Translations under genes and position numbers: made by a program | Origin: a virus | Taxonomy: Duplodnaviria > Caudoviricetes | Virus record (IMG/VR): IMGVR_UViG_3300032227_000993 | DNA length: 64,000 nt | Strand: one strand, 5' to 3' | The notes under the pieces: model-generated | Told to the model about the DNA's origin: nothing | The model's database searches: none | The model's input: the letters and a program-made list of their open reading frames with translations, nothing else | Shown here: in pieces, positions 26,689 through 36,123 of the stretch | Numbering within the stretch: the stretch's first letter is position 1 | Layout: each line of letters opens with the position of its first letter

Positions 26689-28945
26689 CGATTACAATGA
26701 TACCGTTTTCGTCAACCGTTGGCAACTGACCCACACTCACAATAGTAAATTCAATTTTGTCATCAACCATGTTTGCGTGGATGTCACAGTCGCTTAGTCT
26801 TTCAAACAACATTTTCTTAGATAACGGAACACGAATCAGCTCGTCAATTTTACGATTTAACGGACGGGCACCCATCTTGGCATCGTAACCTTTGTCTGCC
26901 AACATATCAATCACAGATTCTGTAAGTGTCAGGCGAATGTTTTTAGCAGCAAGACTTGACTGTAACTGATCAACAAACTTGAGCACAACTTTCTTAATAG
27001 CAAGTGTATCAAGTTTCTTAAAGCGACAAATTTGGTCAATACGATTGCGTAGCTCTGGCTTGAAGAAGTCTTTCATGGCTTTTTCTTCAGATCCAGTTTT
27101 TTCTAATACCTGTCCAAATCCAATGTTATTGTTTTCGTTATCTCGAGCACCCAAGTTACTGGTCATGATGATAATGGTATTTTTTAAGTTGACAGTTTTA
27201 CCGTTGGCACTGGTAATTCTGGCTTCATCTAACATTTGTAACATGATGTTTATGACATCTGGATGTGCCTTTTCAATTTCGTCAAACAAAATAATCGAGT
27301 ATGGGTTTTTGCTAATGTCACTGATAAGTTTACCGCCACCTATGTTGCCATCTTCAAAACCTACATAGCCTGGAGGAGCACCGATCAGACTACTAACTGT
27401 GTGCTTCTCCTGATACTCACTCATATCGTACTTTAACAGTTGCATGTCCAAGTTCTTGGCCAACAACTTGGCCAGTTCAGTTTTACCTGTGCCTGTTGGT
27501 CCCAAGAACAAGAAACTTGCTATTGGACGATTATCGTTGCCAATACCTGAGAAGTTAATGTACACCCGCTCCAATACAGAGTCTACAGCTTCATCTTGGC
27601 CGTAGAGTTTTTCTTTGATGTTGCTTTCTAAATTAATAATGTCAGCAGATTTTTCATTTTGTAATCGGTCTACCGGAACAGCAGTAACACGACTCAACTG
27701 CTCCATGATCATATCTTTGGTAACAGTGACATTGCCTAAATCTTTGACACGTTCTTTGGCACAGGCGCCATCCAACAAGTCGATTGATTTGTCTGGGTTC
27801 TTGCGATCGTGTATGTAACGGCCGCTTAGTTCTACTGCGGAAGTGATGGCATCAGTATCAATTAATACATTGTGGAACAACTCCAAGCGTGGGCTAAGAC
27901 CAATTAGGATTTGCTCTGTGACTTCTGGTGTTGGTTCATCAATACTTACACGATGGAAGCGGCGCATTAAGGCACGATCCTTTTCAAAGCTCTCGTAGTA
28001 TTCTTCCCAAGTGGTCGAAGCCACAACTTTGAGTGTGCCTTTGGTGATACTTGGCTTTAACATATTGGCAAAGTCCAGTGTACTTTGTGTACTTGCGCCG
28101 GCACCCTTCATGGTGTGTGCTTCGTCAATAAACAAAATACAGTTTTTCTTAGTTTCAAGAGCTTGGATGACCTGTTTAAACTTCTCTTCAAATTCACCAC
28201 GATACTTTGATCCGGCCAACAACGAGCCAATCTCCAGACCCCATACTTCGTGTCCTTTTAAGAACTCAGGAACACGGCCTGCGTTGATCTCCTGGGCAAG
28301 TCCTTCCACAATGGCAGTTTTACCTACGCCAGGGTCGCCAACCATGAGTACGTTGGCCTTGAAGCGACGTGCTAACACAGTGATCATTTCATCAAGCTCT
28401 TCGCCACGTCCAATCATGGGTTCAAGGCGATCTTCGTGTGCCATCTTGGTAAGATTAATACAGTATTCTGTAAGTATCTCGTCGGCTTGATTATTGGTTA
28501 ACTTGATATCTTTGTAGTTGTAGTTCTTGTTGTAGTGTTCCATGAACTCAATTTTTTTAACGCCGTATTTTAATAAAAAGTAATGAGCATGACTATTATT
28601 TTCTGCCATCATGGCAAGATACAAATCGCCAGTGGTCACTGTTTTGCGGCCTGTAAATAAAACCTGTGTAAGAGCACGATTGAACACACGTTCTAAGCCA
28701 TGTGTCTTTTTAGGTTGATATCCTGCCGGAGGACTTTTTAGTGCTGGCAGTGATGTGAGATAACCATCGAGCTCTAAATCAAACATTTCCACATTAGTGC
28801 CAAACGATGTTAACACCGCGTTGAATGGACCATGTCGTAACAGAGATAACAATAGATGTTCAGTCAATACATATTCGTGTTTGTATTCTCGTGCCAACTT
28901 GCTGGCGGTTTCAATCAGTTGTTCAATTTCTGGGTTATTCTGCAT
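26666..28945 (-). CDS. clpA: ClpA-type AAA+ unfoldase
   Basis: Clp N-domain (TEHLLL), two Walker A motifs (GDPGVGKT, GPTGTGKT), IGF loop (NIGFG), GARPL; no middle coiled coil. Confidence 0.92.
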   Translation of the reverse strand: MQNNPEIEQLIETASKLAREYKHEYVLTEHLLLSLLRHGPFNAVLTSFGTNVEMFDLELDGYLTSLPALKSPPAGYQPKKTHGLERVFNRALTQVLFTGRKTVTTGDLYLAMMAENNSHAHYFLLKYGVKKIEFMEHYNKNYNYKDIKLTNNQADEILTEYCINLTKMAHEDRLEPMIGRGEELDEMITVLARRFKANVLMVGDPGVGKTAIVEGLAQEINAGRVPEFLKGHEVWGLEIGSLLAGSKYRGEFEEKFKQVIQALETKKNCILFIDEAHTMKGAGASTQSTLDFANMLKPSITKGTLKVVASTTWEEYYESFEKDRALMRRFHRVSIDEPTPEVTEQILIGLSPRLELFHNVLIDTDAITSAVELSGRYIHDRKNPDKSIDLLDGACAKERVKDLGNVTVTKDMIMEQLSRVTAVPVDRLQNEKSADIINLESNIKEKLYGQDEAVDSVLERVYINFSGIGNDNRPIASFLFLGPTGTGKTELAKLLAKNLDMQLLKYDMSEYQEKHTVSSLIGAPPGYVGFEDGNIGGGKLISDISKNPYSIILFDEIEKAHPDVINIMLQMLDEARITSANGKTVNLKNTIIIMTSNLGARDNENNNIGFGQVLEKTGSEEKAMKDFFKPELRNRIDQICRFKKLDTLAIKKVVLKFVDQLQSSLAAKNIRLTLTESVIDMLADKGYDAKMGARPLNRKIDELIRVPLSKKMLFERLSDCDIHANMVDDKIEFTIVSVGQLPTVDENGIIVIDGIDPTI

Positions 28946-28973
28946 TACGGTCCTTTATAATTGTTACTGTATT

Positions 28974-29002
28974 AGTATATAGCAAATTGTTTTAAAAATC
29001 AA
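28974..29002 (-). promoter_or_regulatory. Sigma70-type promoter for clpA
   Basis: TTGATT-N17-TATACT. Confidence 0.6.
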
Positions 29003-29015
29003 CTATTATGGCTGG

Positions 29016-29825
29016 TTATTTCTTGTGAATTTCTTTGATCAGGGTGGTAAGCGTTGGATCTATCTGATTGGGTATACGGGCATTTATTCTCACAAGCAAA
29101 TCGCCCGGCATACCTTGCCGTGCTGACAATCCGCGACCTTTTAATCTAAGAATACTATTAGGCTGTGTCAGTGGTGGAATGTTTAATGTAAGTTGTGTGC
29201 CTAAGATATCAGTCAATATGGTTTCGCCACCCACAATACAATCCCAAATACTTACCTGATGATCCACAGTCAAATTTAATCCATTGCGTTGCCACTTGGG
29301 ATTTGGATGTATGCGATAATTAACAATTAAATCAGTTCCGTTGGGACCAATCCTGGCATACTGAACATTATCCCCATCATTGATACCCAAGGGTATTTCA
29401 ATCTCAATAGTCATTGCGCCGTGCTGAGTACCTATGGTCACTGGTCGTTTGCCACCAGCAGCTACATCTTCTAATTGAACCCACAGGCTCATCCGAGTTT
29501 GTTGTGGGCGTTGTTGACCAAAGCCTGGGCCAGCGTTGTGTCCATGTTGAAATCGAGCACCAAAAATATTGAAGATATTTTCAAAATCAAAGCCGCCGGG
29601 TGCGCCATTAAATTCAAAATTAAACCCCTGCGACATGGGATTGTCGTATTGGGCACGTTTTTGATCGTCGCCTAGTACTCCGTAAGCAGCTTGGATGGCC
29701 TGGAAGGCCGCTTTGTCGCCGCCCTTGTCGGGATGATGCTGACCTGCCAGCTTGCGATAAGCCTTTTTAATTTCATCAGGAGTGGCACCACGTGAGACGC
29801 CTAAAGTTGCATAATGGTCAGTCAT
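29016..29825 (-). CDS. dnaJ: DnaJ/CbpA-like co-chaperone
   Basis: J-domain with HPD, G/F-rich linker, C-terminal GDL motif, no zinc finger; start moved to MTDHY. Confidence 0.88.
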   Translation of the reverse strand: MTDHYATLGVSRGATPDEIKKAYRKLAGQHHPDKGGDKAAFQAIQAAYGVLGDDQKRAQYDNPMSQGFNFEFNGAPGGFDFENIFNIFGARFQHGHNAGPGFGQQRPQQTRMSLWVQLEDVAAGGKRPVTIGTQHGAMTIEIEIPLGINDGDNVQYARIGPNGTDLIVNYRIHPNPKWQRNGLNLTVDHQVSIWDCIVGGETILTDILGTQLTLNIPPLTQPNSILRLKGRGLSARQGMPGDLLVRINARIPNQIDPTLTTLIKEIHKK

Positions 29826-29831
29826 AGACAT

Positions 29832-29861
29832 AGTATACAATAATTTATGCTACAATGTCAA
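29832..29861 (-). promoter_or_regulatory. Sigma70-type promoter, leaderless
   Basis: TTGACA-N18-TATACT, then 6 nt to the ATG at 29825. Confidence 0.7.
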
Positions 29862-29869
29862 CCAGTTTG

Positions 29870-30055
29870 TTATTTCTTTTTATTGGCTGGCGTTTTTTCA
29901 GGTACCTTGGTTCCTTCAACCTTTTTGTGAACCTTAACATTCTTGCACACTTCTTTTTTGGTTTTAGGATCAGTTTTACACACCCGTTTGATTTCGCCAG
30001 CAGCCATTGTACTAGTCGCAAAGACCACAGCAATAATGACCAATAATGATTTCAT
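29870..30055 (-). CDS. Small basic protein with signal peptide
   Basis: MKSLLVIIAVVFATSTMA leader, two Cys, Lys-rich. Confidence 0.65.
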   Translation of the reverse strand: MKSLLVIIAVVFATSTMAAGEIKRVCKTDPKTKKEVCKNVKVHKKVEGTKVPEKTPANKKK

Positions 30056-30056
30056 C

Positions 30057-30173
30057 TTACTTTCCTTTTAACAAGCCTAAAAGTTTTGCCTGAATGCTTT
30101 TGGCAAAATCAGGTTGTGGTAAGTTCCAACCTACAAATGCTCCTACTGCGATCCAAAATAATGTTTCTAACAT
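30057..30173 (-). CDS. 38-aa single-pass membrane protein (absent from ORF track)
   Basis: MLETLFWIAVGAFVGWNLPQPDFAKSIQAKLLGLLKGK; AGGAG SD and TATAAATA at 30193-30200. Confidence 0.7.
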   Translation of the reverse strand: MLETLFWIAVGAFVGWNLPQPDFAKSIQAKLLGLLKGK

Positions 30174-30195
30174 GGTCATGCTCCTTTTAATTTAT

Positions 30196-30663
30196 TTATA
30201 GTTCTGGGAATGATGTTCGCCCAGGTCCTGTTGGTTTACTGCCAAAACTTGGCGGCGGAGCTGGCATAAATGCCGGGGCCGCACTACCACCAAATGATGG
30301 AGTAGGTGTACTTGTTGCGCCAAATGATGATGTGTTAGGCGCAGTAAACGATGGAACACTTGGAGTTGCACTACCATTGCCGCCTGCCGCTCCTGCCATC
30401 TTTTCTTGTGTACGACCATACGCCGCAATACCTAATACAGCACCCATGGCCATATGGAATAGGCCAGCGCCGTTGAGTGTTAAAGGCTGCCATTGATTAG
30501 CAACTTGTCCGTGATTGACTGCTTGATGTAAACTCCATAATACTGGAAATATTACAAAGTCGCATACACATACGCCCATGTACATCCAACCCATGGCTGG
30601 ACGCCACTTTTGTTGCATCCAATCTTCTTTTTCTTTACCTTCTACATTCTTTACTTCTGACAT
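30196..30663 (-). CDS. Holin (3TM-holin-like)
   Basis: KWRPAMGWMY motif, hydrophobic segments, location in the lysis cassette. Confidence 0.7.
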   Translation of the reverse strand: MSEVKNVEGKEKEDWMQQKWRPAMGWMYMGVCVCDFVIFPVLWSLHQAVNHGQVANQWQPLTLNGAGLFHMAMGAVLGIAAYGRTQEKMAGAAGGNGSATPSVPSFTAPNTSSFGATSTPTPSFGGSAAPAFMPAPPPSFGSKPTGPGRTSFPEL

Positions 30664-30684
30664 ACCAGCTCCTTGTTATTATTT

Positions 30685-30951
30685 TTATTTTACGCTGTCA
30701 AATATTTTTTTCTGTGTATTATACCATTCTATCCATAATTGACTCTTAGTATCACATTCTTGATACTGTCCGTAGTTAGTAACCACGCTTTGGACCACAT
30801 CGCTTAACTTAGTTGTTGTTGGTTCAACTGTAACCAACGGTGGGCAACTGGTCATCAACTCAACCGGCGCATTAGGAAACTTGCGCTCAACAGGTACACT
30901 TACACAAGCAGACAAACCTAATACTGCGGTAAGGATTAATAACTTTTTCAT
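30685..30951 (-). CDS. o-spanin (Rz1-like lipoprotein)
   Basis: Lipobox LSAC, Pro-rich, overlaps the i-spanin gene. Confidence 0.75.
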   Translation of the reverse strand: MKKLLILTAVLGLSACVSVPVERKFPNAPVELMTSCPPLVTVEPTTTKLSDVVQSVVTNYGQYQECDTKSQLWIEWYNTQKKIFDSVK

Positions 30952-31382
30952 TTCTTGGCTCCTTGTTTAGCAGCATCGTTGAGAATAGAGATAACATCAC
31001 TAGAAACTGTACATTGTGCGTCCATTTGTTGTGATGATTGCTGGATACGATTTTTTAATTCAGTTTGTTTGGCGGCAATCTCTTTTTCTTTTTGTGCCAG
31101 TTTACTTACTAGTGCGCCGTTGGCTTCAGCTGACTTTACTTCTGCTTGTGCTACTTTCTTTTCTAATGCCGCGGCACGTGATTTCCATGCGTCATTGTCG
31201 CTAATAGCACCTTCAAAGAAAATAGCAATGCCTAATACAATACCAGACGCAAGTTGAATAGCTTTTGCGTTGGTAGAGATAAATGGAATACTGTCCAAGA
31301 CAATACTAGCCACAATGCCTAGTAAACCAACTAGTAACAATAGATGGAAAATCCAATCTGGTAAAAAATTAACAATCCACAT
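30948..31382 (-). CDS. i-spanin (Rz-like)
   Basis: N-terminal transmembrane segments and C-terminal coiled coil ending in a Cys-containing tail. Confidence 0.7.
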   Translation of the reverse strand: MWIVNFLPDWIFHLLLLVGLLGIVASIVLDSIPFISTNAKAIQLASGIVLGIAIFFEGAISDNDAWKSRAAALEKKVAQAEVKSAEANGALVSKLAQKEKEIAAKQTELKNRIQQSSQQMDAQCTVSSDVISILNDAAKQGAKK

Positions 31383-31383
31383 A

Positions 31384-32007
31384 TTATGCTCCTAGTACGT
31401 GTTTAGCGTGTTCGTAATGCTTTTTACGATCTTCTAATCCAATCGTGCCACCGTTGATACGTTTTGTCATGGTGAGAATATCATCTGTGTCGGCGTATTG
31501 GTTCAAGTTGTTTGCTTCCCAGAACCAGCAAGCTGATTGGATAGCACCTTCAAATGTTTCTAAGAAAGCTGGAACGTCTTCTACAGGCATTTCCAAACTG
31601 TCAGCAAATGCTTGATAGTTTGACTTACCAGTCAACTGGATTAGGCCACGACCGCAATAACGGAATCCATCACCCGAAGCTTCGTCACCGTTGCCCATGC
31701 GATTGGCATAAACGCGATTGGCAATTAGTTCTGCCTTGTTAGGCTGACTCGCATACTGTTCAGCAATAGCATCATTTGGAAAATATTTAGGAAATACCTT
31801 GCGTAGTGTGGCCGCACGATAGTTTAAATTTTCGTGTAGTGCTGTAAAGCCGCCTGACTCGTGAGCGCATTGTGCTAAGAAAGCCGCTTCACGCTGTGGT
31901 GTGTTGATATCGTAGTCAGGAAGAATTTTGTTCAGTGCTTCCGTCCAGTGATCCAGGTGTGGATTACCAGGTAAAATTTGTGCTAATTGGTCTTGTGAAA
32001 TTGCCAT
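31384..32007 (-). CDS. GH19 chitinase-like endolysin
   Basis: FLAQCAHESGGF, ENLNY, RGLIQLTG..NY, TKRINGG..GL.DR. Confidence 0.93.
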   Translation of the reverse strand: MAISQDQLAQILPGNPHLDHWTEALNKILPDYDINTPQREAAFLAQCAHESGGFTALHENLNYRAATLRKVFPKYFPNDAIAEQYASQPNKAELIANRVYANRMGNGDEASGDGFRYCGRGLIQLTGKSNYQAFADSLEMPVEDVPAFLETFEGAIQSACWFWEANNLNQYADTDDILTMTKRINGGTIGLEDRKKHYEHAKHVLGA

Positions 32008-32036
32008 AGTAAATTTGCTCCTTGATCTACTATTTA
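32006..32036 (-). promoter_or_regulatory. Late box overlapping a hairpin around the endolysin RBS
   Basis: TAA-ATAGTAGAT-CAAGGAGCAA-ATTTACTAT-G: 9-bp stem with one G-U, SD in the loop, AT of ATG paired. Confidence 0.75.
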
Positions 32037-32043
32037 GCTAAAT

Positions 32044-32685
32044 CTAGCCGTGTAAGGCGCTCAAAAAATCTTTGGTTTTTTCAGTTACGACCCCAGTTAT
32101 TTGTAGTGTAATTCTAGGATTATGCCCAGCATTGGCAGTTGAATGTGGAATATTTTGCCAGTCAAATGTGGTTACATCACCAGCTCGCCAGCCAGAATGT
32201 ATGTAGTTGCCATAACTAAAAAAGTGGCCTGGTTCCCAATCTGTGAGTGCGATCATGACTCGCATAATTTTTGATGGATCTTCTGGATTCCATTTTTCTA
32301 ATTTGTCTAGGTGTAGATTCCATACCTGCCCTGGACGTTGTATGTGAAGTCGCATCTTGCAGTTATCCATACCTAAAGATTCAGTAATTTTATTAAACGT
32401 TTCTGGAACTTCCCAGGTTAAATCACCTACGATTAAATCTTTGCCGTAGCCATACTGTTCTAGATCATACTCTTCTTGGTCATATTCTTCGCTAGAGCGA
32501 TCACTACCTTGCCCGCGAGTGCGCCATGTTTTAGGTTTGGCCAATTCCTTGATGGCTTCCAGCTCAGACAACCAAAATGGTTCTATGTTACCCAAGTAAG
32601 TGACCTTGTCCTGCTCTGGATCAAATTTGGTATTATCAAAATGATACGTGCTACGCTGTTTAGTTAACTCCCAACTGCTTTTCAT
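32044..32685 (-). CDS. 2OG-Fe(II) oxygenase-like protein
   Basis: HLD...H facial triad pattern (NLHLDK, IPHST) and a distal Arg (PRITLQ). Confidence 0.6.
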   Translation of the reverse strand: MKSSWELTKQRSTYHFDNTKFDPEQDKVTYLGNIEPFWLSELEAIKELAKPKTWRTRGQGSDRSSEEYDQEEYDLEQYGYGKDLIVGDLTWEVPETFNKITESLGMDNCKMRLHIQRPGQVWNLHLDKLEKWNPEDPSKIMRVMIALTDWEPGHFFSYGNYIHSGWRAGDVTTFDWQNIPHSTANAGHNPRITLQITGVVTEKTKDFLSALHG

Positions 32686-33299
32686 ATTACTTTTACTCCC
32701 AAGTCTGATTTACTGTAATCTTGAATATATTCTTCCGGTGCCGGTAATATGCCTAAGATGTGCGCCAGTGCAAAATTGTTTGGGGGCATCATGCCAGGAT
32801 ATTTTGCCCACGCTTGTTGAATATCTCGATTTTGATCTGCGATAATTTTAGCCATTGTACGCAAATCTTTGTAATACTTATCATAACTAGGATAGGTAAT
32901 ATCAAAATGCCCACACTTGACCCACCATCCCAGGCAAGCGTCGTCAGAACGATGTGCCAGTATGATGGGACAATCAGGCCAAGTGGCTTTAAGGTAGTCT
33001 ATGTTGTGAGCAAACACGTGACTCTTAATAATGCGTACACCTGTGCCTGTAAACGGAGCATCAAACATCTGCTCGCACTCTTCTTTACTATGCTGAGACA
33101 AATCCACAGGAACTTCAAACTCCATGCCAGGATCAAAGTAAGCACCCAAGTGCATTAATTCTAGTGTACCAGGAGCATCGTGCCAGTAAGTACGCTCTTC
33201 AGAATAGTCTGAACGATCTATGGAAGGACTATAGTAAATGTTTTTAATTAAAGAGCTCCATTTACTACCGGGAGCTCCTGCGCAAAAGATATACTTCAT
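32682..33299 (-). CDS. Hypothetical protein, sulfotransferase-like P-loop
   Basis: AGAPGSKWSS at the N-terminus and IIKSH; ATGA-coupled to tctC. Confidence 0.45.
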   Translation of the reverse strand: MKYIFCAGAPGSKWSSLIKNIYYSPSIDRSDYSEERTYWHDAPGTLELMHLGAYFDPGMEFEVPVDLSQHSKEECEQMFDAPFTGTGVRIIKSHVFAHNIDYLKATWPDCPIILAHRSDDACLGWWVKCGHFDITYPSYDKYYKDLRTMAKIIADQNRDIQQAWAKYPGMMPPNNFALAHILGILPAPEEYIQDYSKSDLGVKVI

Positions 33300-34252
33300 T
33301 CTGGTTTTATCTTTTTTGCTATTGGTTGCCAAACCTGTCTTAGTCTTACCATACTGGCTCTTACTCCTTCTGGAGTATGTTCAGCTGGTGTAACAAACAT
33401 CATATTTTCAGTAAACTTATCACTAGATTCTTTGCTGTTGATGGCCGGAATAAAATTAGCACGATACCATGCTTGTACATCTGCTGGTGTACCTTTGGGT
33501 AATACCATGTTCCAGCAACCATGTATGTTTAGTCCTGCTACATAATTTTTCATTAAGGGATATTTTTCAAGTCCTTTAATAGGAGTTTCATTGGCAATAC
33601 CAATCAACTTTAGTTTACCAGCTTGAACGTGTGGCCATCCAACCGCAATAGGAGTAACAGCAAATTCAGCGTGTCCGCCCATGACATCTAACAATGCTTG
33701 TGCTGGACCTTTGTACATAGCAGTAATAACTTCGTCACCGCCTTGTACTTTTAACCGGTCTACAAGATACTCAACAGCAAGTTTATGTCCACCGCCACCG
33801 ATGGCAAATGTAATAGGACGCTTCTTGGCCTTAATGTCACGAATTAAATCTTCGGGAGTGTTGACAGTACTTGTAGGTTTGGCAAAGAACGCTAGTGGAC
33901 TACGAGCAATATTTGCCACAGGTTCAAAATCCATGGCATTGTATTTTACTGCGTGTGGATACCAAATTTCTGCTGTGACCCAGTTGCTTTGGCAAGCCGG
34001 AACTGCTACAGTATATCCATCGGCTGGAACAGTATTAAAATGATTCATTGCTATGTTACCATCAACACCTGGACGATGTTCACTAACAAAGCTCGCTCCT
34101 GTTTTTTTCTCTACTTGAGCCGCTACAATACGAAAGCTAATTTCGTTACCTGCGCCAGGGCCATTTGGAAAAATTACAGTGATAGGTTTTTTTGGTTCCC
34201 AAGCAAATGCCAAGACAGGAATTAGTAATAGCGCCAGTAATACTTTTTTCAT
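33296..34252 (-). CDS. tctC: Bug/TctC tripartite tricarboxylate transporter substrate-binding protein
   Basis: Signal peptide, KPITVIFP..PG, EHRPGVDGNIA, YKG...ALLDVMGGH. Confidence 0.88.
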   Translation of the reverse strand: MKKVLLALLLIPVLAFAWEPKKPITVIFPNGPGAGNEISFRIVAAQVEKKTGASFVSEHRPGVDGNIAMNHFNTVPADGYTVAVPACQSNWVTAEIWYPHAVKYNAMDFEPVANIARSPLAFFAKPTSTVNTPEDLIRDIKAKKRPITFAIGGGGHKLAVEYLVDRLKVQGGDEVITAMYKGPAQALLDVMGGHAEFAVTPIAVGWPHVQAGKLKLIGIANETPIKGLEKYPLMKNYVAGLNIHGCWNMVLPKGTPADVQAWYRANFIPAINSKESSDKFTENMMFVTPAEHTPEGVRASMVRLRQVWQPIAKKIKPE

Positions 34253-34352
34253 AGGGGTCCTTAATAGTTGTTAAATAGTTATTAGAAAATTACAAAGAGA
34301 TCTAAATTTTTGCCTTTTTGTAAAAATATTTATCTAATTTACATAAAATACT

Positions 34353-35081
34353 ATGAATACTAAAATTTTTGCCTTAATTACTAAAAATTTAAACCTTGCG
34401 TTTAATTTACCAAAATATGCTGATATTACTATCGACAAAAATACTGTGGTAAATCAATTGCCGTGGACCCCTGCTAGATTTGCCAAGTTCAAAGACGCTA
34501 TGGAAGCAGAATTAAATATTGCGTCAGAATACCAAGGCACCATTGAGTCTATTGTTAAAGATTTAGATGTACGGTACAGTAATCGTTTTTTTGGCGAAAT
34601 TTGGCAGCCTAGAACCAATGACTACAATTACACCGGCTGGCAGTTGGTAGAGGAAATTAACAAACATGATCCAAAGGCCGTGTTAGATGTAGGTTGTGGG
34701 TATCATCCTTTTAAAAATCGTATTCCAAATTTAATTGGTATTGATCCGTACAATCATGCCGCTGAATATCAGGTAGATATTCTTGAATACAAAGTCAAGC
34801 CAGAATCTTATGATCATATCATTGCGTTGGGCTCAATTAACTTTAACTCAAAAGAAGATATTGAGGATAGATTTAGTCATTGTGTAAATTTATTACAACG
34901 TGGCGGTCGATTCTATTTGCGAGCCAATCCAGGAATCACACACAAAACTGGTCCTTATGTAGATATCTTTCCTTGGACGTTTGAAGTGGTCAACGAGTTT
35001 GCTGAAAAATACAATTTAAAATTAGATACCTTTCAGAAAGATTCAAACGATAGATTATTTTTTGTGTACACTAAACTTTAA
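34353..35081 (+). CDS. Class I SAM-dependent methyltransferase
   Basis: VLDVGCG, GIDP, ALGSINF, LQRGG. Confidence 0.82.
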   Translation: MNTKIFALITKNLNLAFNLPKYADITIDKNTVVNQLPWTPARFAKFKDAMEAELNIASEYQGTIESIVKDLDVRYSNRFFGEIWQPRTNDYNYTGWQLVEEINKHDPKAVLDVGCGYHPFKNRIPNLIGIDPYNHAAEYQVDILEYKVKPESYDHIIALGSINFNSKEDIEDRFSHCVNLLQRGGRFYLRANPGITHKTGPYVDIFPWTFEVVNEFAEKYNLKLDTFQKDSNDRLFFVYTKL

Positions 35082-35106
35082 ATGCCTAGGTCCACCATGG
35101 ATGTTT

Positions 35107-36060
35107 TTATTCAAAGCTCACTTTGATATCATGGCTAGGCATACCAAATTTTTTCAATAGTTCCTTACCTTCGATCACAGTACCCACTGGCATTCCACCC
35201 ATTTTTTCACTGTACTTGACTCCGTACTGGTCCAACCAAGCACGGAAGTTATCTGATTTAATAATATCTGATTTAACTGTAGGGCCAATGTCCATGGCCA
35301 GTTTGCCTGAGTAGCCCAGTTGTCCTGATACATCCCAGTTGGTAGGATCATCATAGTCATAGTAAGCGTGTATGAAATCTTTGCCTAGTATGTCACGACC
35401 TACCCATGTGTCAAACTCGTCGCTGTCAGTGAAGTATTTGTAGTCATCTTCGGTGTATTCGGTAAACGACCCTTCTAGCGTAACGTAGGGTCCTAGATCT
35501 GAATATGGATTACTATTGGTAACGTTGGCTATCAATTCTACTTGTTGAAATACTTGTTTAGGATTGTCAGGCTTGCGATCTGTTTTCATGTAAAACTCAG
35601 TATCGTGAACCATTGAGTTGATAATTTCAGTGAGATACAGTACACGGTCTAGCTGCTTTTCGGATACTGTAAAGTTGGACTCAAAACGATCAGACCACTT
35701 TAATATTTTCTTACCAGCAAAGTACTCACGATGTGCTGTGGTAAAACTACGATGTAGTTGATTGAGTAACTGTTGTCCGGCAGCGTCTTGACCAATCAAG
35801 CTGTCTGGGTTGACACAGTAAGGAAAGTTAATGTTGTAGCTATTAAGTTCGTCGATAATGGCAATAAATTTATCTGTTTGATTTTGTACATAGACAGTAT
35901 TTTGACCGCGGAATAAACCCAAGGGAGGGCCACTGCCTATCTCCGACTGGAATCTAGTGTGCAAGTGACGCAGTTGTTCAGTGTATTTTTCAACAAAAAG
36001 ATTTTGTACTAATTCAACACGTACTAGACCGTATTGAGTGTCCAAATTGATGTACTTCAT
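35107..36060 (-). CDS. Hypothetical protein
   Basis: Start moved to MKYIN at 36060, 5 nt after TAAATA. Confidence 0.75.
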   Translation of the reverse strand: MKYINLDTQYGLVRVELVQNLFVEKYTEQLRHLHTRFQSEIGSGPPLGLFRGQNTVYVQNQTDKFIAIIDELNSYNINFPYCVNPDSLIGQDAAGQQLLNQLHRSFTTAHREYFAGKKILKWSDRFESNFTVSEKQLDRVLYLTEIINSMVHDTEFYMKTDRKPDNPKQVFQQVELIANVTNSNPYSDLGPYVTLEGSFTEYTEDDYKYFTDSDEFDTWVGRDILGKDFIHAYYDYDDPTNWDVSGQLGYSGKLAMDIGPTVKSDIIKSDNFRAWLDQYGVKYSEKMGGMPVGTVIEGKELLKKFGMPSHDIKVSFE

Positions 36061-36123
36061 AAAGATATTTATGTATGGTTGTGCTGCCAATAAAAATACT
36101 AAATTAAAAGATTGTGACAATTT

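Noticed and set aside
34353-34580. Acyl-carrier-like N-terminal domain on the methyltransferase
   Set aside because: Size and helical pattern are suggestive but the phosphopantetheine serine motif is absent
12398-36060. Paralogy between hypothetical proteins 12398-13216 and 35107-36060
   Set aside because: Only a loose LH...EI...H/D.E resemblance; not supportable without a profile alignment
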